Below, one piece after another: positions 60,671-64,000 of a stretch of DNA of 64,000 nucleotides (positions within the stretch are counted from its first letter, which is position 1; every line of letters begins with the position of its first letter). Origin of the DNA: a virus (Duplodnaviria > Caudoviricetes); the IMG/VR virus record IMGVR_UViG_3300037067_021941, positions 29,135 through 93,134 of that record; one strand, written 5' to 3'. Below the pieces are notes generated by a model that searched no databases, had not been told where the DNA came from, and saw nothing but the letters and a program-made list of their open reading frames with translations. The position numbers were made by a program, and so were the translations under genes.

Positions 60671-61375
60671 ATGCCGATTCGATTACTAACGTCTGAGGGA
60701 GGAGTTTCGGATGAACTTTTCGAGATAGTTGGTCCAGCAGACAGGAAAAATTGCATTTATGTATCTGATAGCGTCGGCAATCAAATGAGAGTACATAAAG
60801 AACGGGTTTTGCCACCAGACGCACTAGGGAAATTGGTCGCAGTCATGCACGGAAACAAATTGAAAACTGCATGCCCAATTTGTTCAAGGACATTGCCGGT
60901 TGAAGGAAATACTGCAGAATGTCCCGTCCACGGTAAACTTCAAATAACAAGTCACGAACACCTTAATCAGGACAATACGTCCAAAGCACTACAGGAAAAC
61001 AAAATGTCCAAGACAGAAACAGTTACTATGGTAGATTTCGCGGTTGTTGCACAATATGGCGTTGAACTTTGGACGAAGCAACAGCTGAAATTCAGTGATC
61101 CGCATACGGATGTACAATCACACGTTTTGCTTGCTGATAATCCGGCACGCAAGCTATGCTTCAATACTTATAATGGAGCACTTGGCAAGAAGAAGACGAA
61201 TACCGAAGATTCTTTTCTTGCACAATTACAGGCATTCAAGGACGGTATTGCGATCGAACCATTGGGCACATCAGTCTACCCTCTAAAAGGTACTCTTGAT
61301 GACGCCCGAAAGAAGCTTAGAAAAACTGGTTATGCCTCTCCACTTTCAACGACAGCAGATGACAAGGCGGAATAG
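60671..61375 (+). CDS. Hypothetical protein with a Zn ribbon
   Basis: CPIC...CPVH; AAGGA RBS. Confidence 0.65.
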   Translation: MPIRLLTSEGGVSDELFEIVGPADRKNCIYVSDSVGNQMRVHKERVLPPDALGKLVAVMHGNKLKTACPICSRTLPVEGNTAECPVHGKLQITSHEHLNQDNTSKALQENKMSKTETVTMVDFAVVAQYGVELWTKQQLKFSDPHTDVQSHVLLADNPARKLCFNTYNGALGKKKTNTEDSFLAQLQAFKDGIAIEPLGTSVYPLKGTLDDARKKLRKTGYASPLSTTADDKAE

Positions 61376-61476
61376 ATTTCTATTTCTTCGAGGCTGGAAG
61401 ATTTGTTCAGATCTCCCAGTCCTCATATTATGATTTGTGGAAATACCACAAACTACCAAAAACAAGGATTGTTTAT

Positions 61477-61686
61477 ATGTTGGTATTATCACGTAAGAGG
61501 GATGAGAGTATCGTTATCGGCGATGATATTACGATTGTCGTTGTTGATATACGAGGAGATAAAGTTCGTTTAGGGATTGAAGCTCCCAAGGATATTTCAG
61601 TTCATAGACGAGAGATATTCGATATAATTAAGGCAGAAGATGAGGACGCCAGAAGAAAACAAAACGCTAATAGCTCAAATGGATGA
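61477..61686 (+). CDS. csrA: Carbon storage regulator CsrA/RsmA
   Basis: [47 protein letters not shown]. Confidence 0.95.
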   Translation: MLVLSRKRDESIVIGDDITIVVVDIRGDKVRLGIEAPKDISVHRREIFDIIKAEDEDARRKQNANSSNG

Positions 61687-62047
61687 TGACACTATTAAGC
61701 GGCGTGTCAAAGCACGTGAACAAGCACGCATCTTGATTGCTTTAATTACAGAAGAAGCCACAAACATCACATCCGATGCTATTGAATCATTCTGGGACGA
61801 AATCAGGCAATCTCTACCTCCAATAGATATACAATCTACATCAAACTTACCAATGACAGACGAGCAAGCCCGCATATTTGGGTTAACTCTGATGCCGTTT
61901 GGCGAATTCAAAGGTCAGGCTATACGTGACGTACCGATGGGCAGACTTGAATGGTATAGCGATTCACAATTCCAGAAGCAGTTAGTACGTTATCTAAACA
62001 GCCCGAAAATAAAGCAAAAAAGAGATCTTGACGACTTTGCCGACTAG
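61640..62047 (+). CDS. Hypothetical protein with an MPFG..KG (DUF3820-like) motif
   Basis: [21 protein letters not shown]. Confidence 0.65.
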   Translation: MRTPEENKTLIAQMDDDTIKRRVKAREQARILIALITEEATNITSDAIESFWDEIRQSLPPIDIQSTSNLPMTDEQARIFGLTLMPFGEFKGQAIRDVPMGRLEWYSDSQFQKQLVRYLNSPKIKQKRDLDDFAD

Positions 62048-62059
62048 CAAAGATATGAC

Positions 62060-62701
62060 ATGATTCATGTCATAGGTGATAGTCATGTTTGCTTTTTTAA
62101 TGGTGCTGACGGAATCACAGATCTATATCCATATGCCCACAGTAATCCGCCATTCTTAACATATCGTATAGGTGCCGCTCTAGCTTATAACGTCTGCAAG
62201 GCATATTCAACTTGTGGTACTAAAGAAGCCATAGAAGCAATTGCTTCAAAAATCTCTGCATCTGACAGTATATTGCTCAGCTTTGGAGAAATCGATTGTA
62301 GATACCACATAAAACATCAATCGGTTAAACAAAACACACGAGTACAAAATATTATAAACGATTGCGTTGAACGATATATCACAGCCATTCAGCCGATGTG
62401 TCATAAGCATAAAATTGGAGTTTGGGGGCCAGTGGCAACAACTCACTGGCCTGTGGAAAACTCATCGCATGAATGTATGGTAGAAGGTAGTCATGAGGAG
62501 CGAAACGAGATTACTAGATTATTTAACGAACAGTTGAAAATACGCAGCACAGAAACCGGGGTAAAGTTTTTCAGTGTCTTCGAGCAGCTGTTATGTCCAG
62601 ATGGTACAACCAATCAATATTATTATGCCGATTATATCCATTTGGGCAAGGTGGCGACATCGTTAATGCTACAAACTGGACTTGTGGAAGCTATGAGTTG
62701 A
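62060..62701 (+). CDS. SGNH/GDSL hydrolase-like protein
   Basis: VIGDSH, FGEIDCR, DYIH. Confidence 0.8.
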   Translation: MIHVIGDSHVCFFNGADGITDLYPYAHSNPPFLTYRIGAALAYNVCKAYSTCGTKEAIEAIASKISASDSILLSFGEIDCRYHIKHQSVKQNTRVQNIINDCVERYITAIQPMCHKHKIGVWGPVATTHWPVENSSHECMVEGSHEERNEITRLFNEQLKIRSTETGVKFFSVFEQLLCPDGTTNQYYYADYIHLGKVATSLMLQTGLVEAMS

Positions 62702-63284
62702 GCCGCCAATTCTCCCACACAAAATCATAATCGTATGTCAATCGATGTGTTTGTTGTAGGCGAGCCCTAATACCATTACGCTTCTCTGCAGCATTAACAA
62801 CAAATTGATGAAATTGGACTTGTATATCTTCTATACGGTTAACAATTGCGCTGTCGATTAAGTAATCGAGCAGATCATATTCTGCACCCTCTATGTTGAT
62901 CTTCATAAGACGTATTCGCGACAGCGTATGCTCGCGAATAACGTCATCAATCGACATGATCTTAATAGATTCTTGATAGCCAGATTGTATCATAATGCTC
63001 GATGCATCACCGTTAACAGAGATGCTACACGAAGTATTGGACGGACCTATGCCAGCATGATAAACGTGTACGCTAGTACCGACAAGGGTCTGCTTCGCAA
63101 TTTCATAATATGCAGCTATAGGCTCAAACGCTAATATCTTACAATGATAATGGTCATAGATTCTGCGGCTCCAAGCACCATGATATGCACCGCAGTCAAT
63201 AACAATATCGTTTCTGCTTATATTGTAATTTAACCTTAATGTGTCGTCGCCACGATCAGCGGCCCAGCGATCAAAATCTGGCAT
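62691..63284 (-). CDS. FkbM-family methyltransferase
   Basis: IDCGAYHG, AFEP, MKINIEGAEY, QVQFH. Confidence 0.9.
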   Translation of the reverse strand: MPDFDRWAADRGDDTLRLNYNISRNDIVIDCGAYHGAWSRRIYDHYHCKILAFEPIAAYYEIAKQTLVGTSVHVYHAGIGPSNTSCSISVNGDASSIMIQSGYQESIKIMSIDDVIREHTLSRIRLMKINIEGAEYDLLDYLIDSAIVNRIEDIQVQFHQFVVNAAEKRNGIRARLQQTHRLTYDYDFVWENWRLNS

Positions 63285-63285
63285 T

Positions 63286-64000
63286 TTAATCCTTCAAGTG
63301 TAAGTCTGAAACATTTGAACGACAATTATGTCCATCTACCATTCTTGGCCAGTTGCCCTCGACAAAATCTACATCTTGCATACCAGTCCGTCCTTCAACC
63401 AATGGACTAAATGTACGGCCACTACCAAGAGCCCCAGCCCACCAACTAAAAGAGGAATTGGCACGCAACAATACGTTTGCGTTCATCAACAACATAAAAT
63501 CTTCTAAAAAAGATATGCCGCTATCGATTAAGTCTTGGGTTGGTCGTTTGTTACCTTCTTGTACCCAGTTAATATGGTTAACATCAAATCCGAATTTTTT
63601 GCACGCTGTGATATATGAAGATTCACTAATTAAACAATAAATATTATCAAGCCCAATATAATCACCTCGTCTTACGTGAGCTGCGATAAGCGGGCGAGTT
63701 GTAAATCGATGTTCCCATTCACTTCGTAAACGGAGCCAACTTTTAAGCTTATGCCGCGACATAAAGTTTATTGCTGTTTGATTTTGAAAATATCCATTGA
63801 GTGTGATGTTGACTCTGCCGTTAGGAATTTCATCAAAACCAGCATTTGGCAATGTATGATCTGATAATGGGGTAGATAGTTCAAATATCTTTTGTCCTAT
63901 CCAAGGCGGTGTCAACAAGACTGCTCCGTATGTTTCTGCATAAGCACGCGCGAAAGCATATTGAAAAAGTTGGTTGCCAAATCCGCCAGTAAATAATACA
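63286..64000 (-). CDS. GT11 alpha-1,2-fucosyltransferase (start beyond the right edge)
   Basis: GGFGNQLFQYA near the window end, GYFQN, HVRRGDY, NSSFSWW. Confidence 0.9.
   Translation of the reverse strand, partial: VLFTGGFGNQLFQYAFARAYAETYGAVLLTPPWIGQKIFELSTPLSDHTLPNAGFDEIPNGRVNITLNGYFQNQTAINFMSRHKLKSWLRLRSEWEHRFTTRPLIAAHVRRGDYIGLDNIYCLISESSYITACKKFGFDVNHINWVQEGNKRPTQDLIDSGISFLEDFMLLMNANVLLRANSSFSWWAGALGSGRTFSPLVEGRTGMQDVDFVEGNWPRMVDGHNCRSNVSDLHLKD

Overview
This is a 64-kb segment of an AT-rich, gene-dense large (jumbo-type) tailed phage genome in the standard genetic code. Evidence is gp46/gp47-like recombination genes, a gp55-like sigma factor, collagen-like fibre proteins, dUTPase, CsrA and TraR/DksA. 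CsrA and a secreted CAP protein look Planctomycetota-like, so that host is a weak inference. Genes run mostly on the minus strand up to about 35.2 kb and mostly on the plus strand after it. Highlights: (1) A roughly 490-nt structured non-coding RNA (32555-33045, minus) with two circularly permuted tRNA-like modules (T-arm, closed acceptor stem, D-arm; Y-RNA/YrlA-like). It lies directly behind a GC-rich helical-protein gene and ahead of a small ABC ATPase, a candidate undescribed RNP system. (2) A DnaE polymerase broken into four ORFs by two split inteins of opposite charge polarity, each interrupted by a free-standing TnsA-like endonuclease, plus a third, intein-less break through the palm with a degenerate RNase H-fold gene in the gap. 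(3) A PurZ-type enzyme suggesting 2-aminoadenine DNA in a phage whose visible polymerase is family C. (4) A eukaryote-like polypeptide GalNAc-transferase next to Thr/Ser-rich collagen-like proteins, plus a large fucosyl-, sulfo- and methyltransferase set, suggesting virion O-glycosylation. (5) An actin-like ATPase, divergent sigma factors, a recurrent GTATTWRA upstream motif and a repeat/hairpin array near the strand switch. All calls come from motif recognition by eye; no searches were run.
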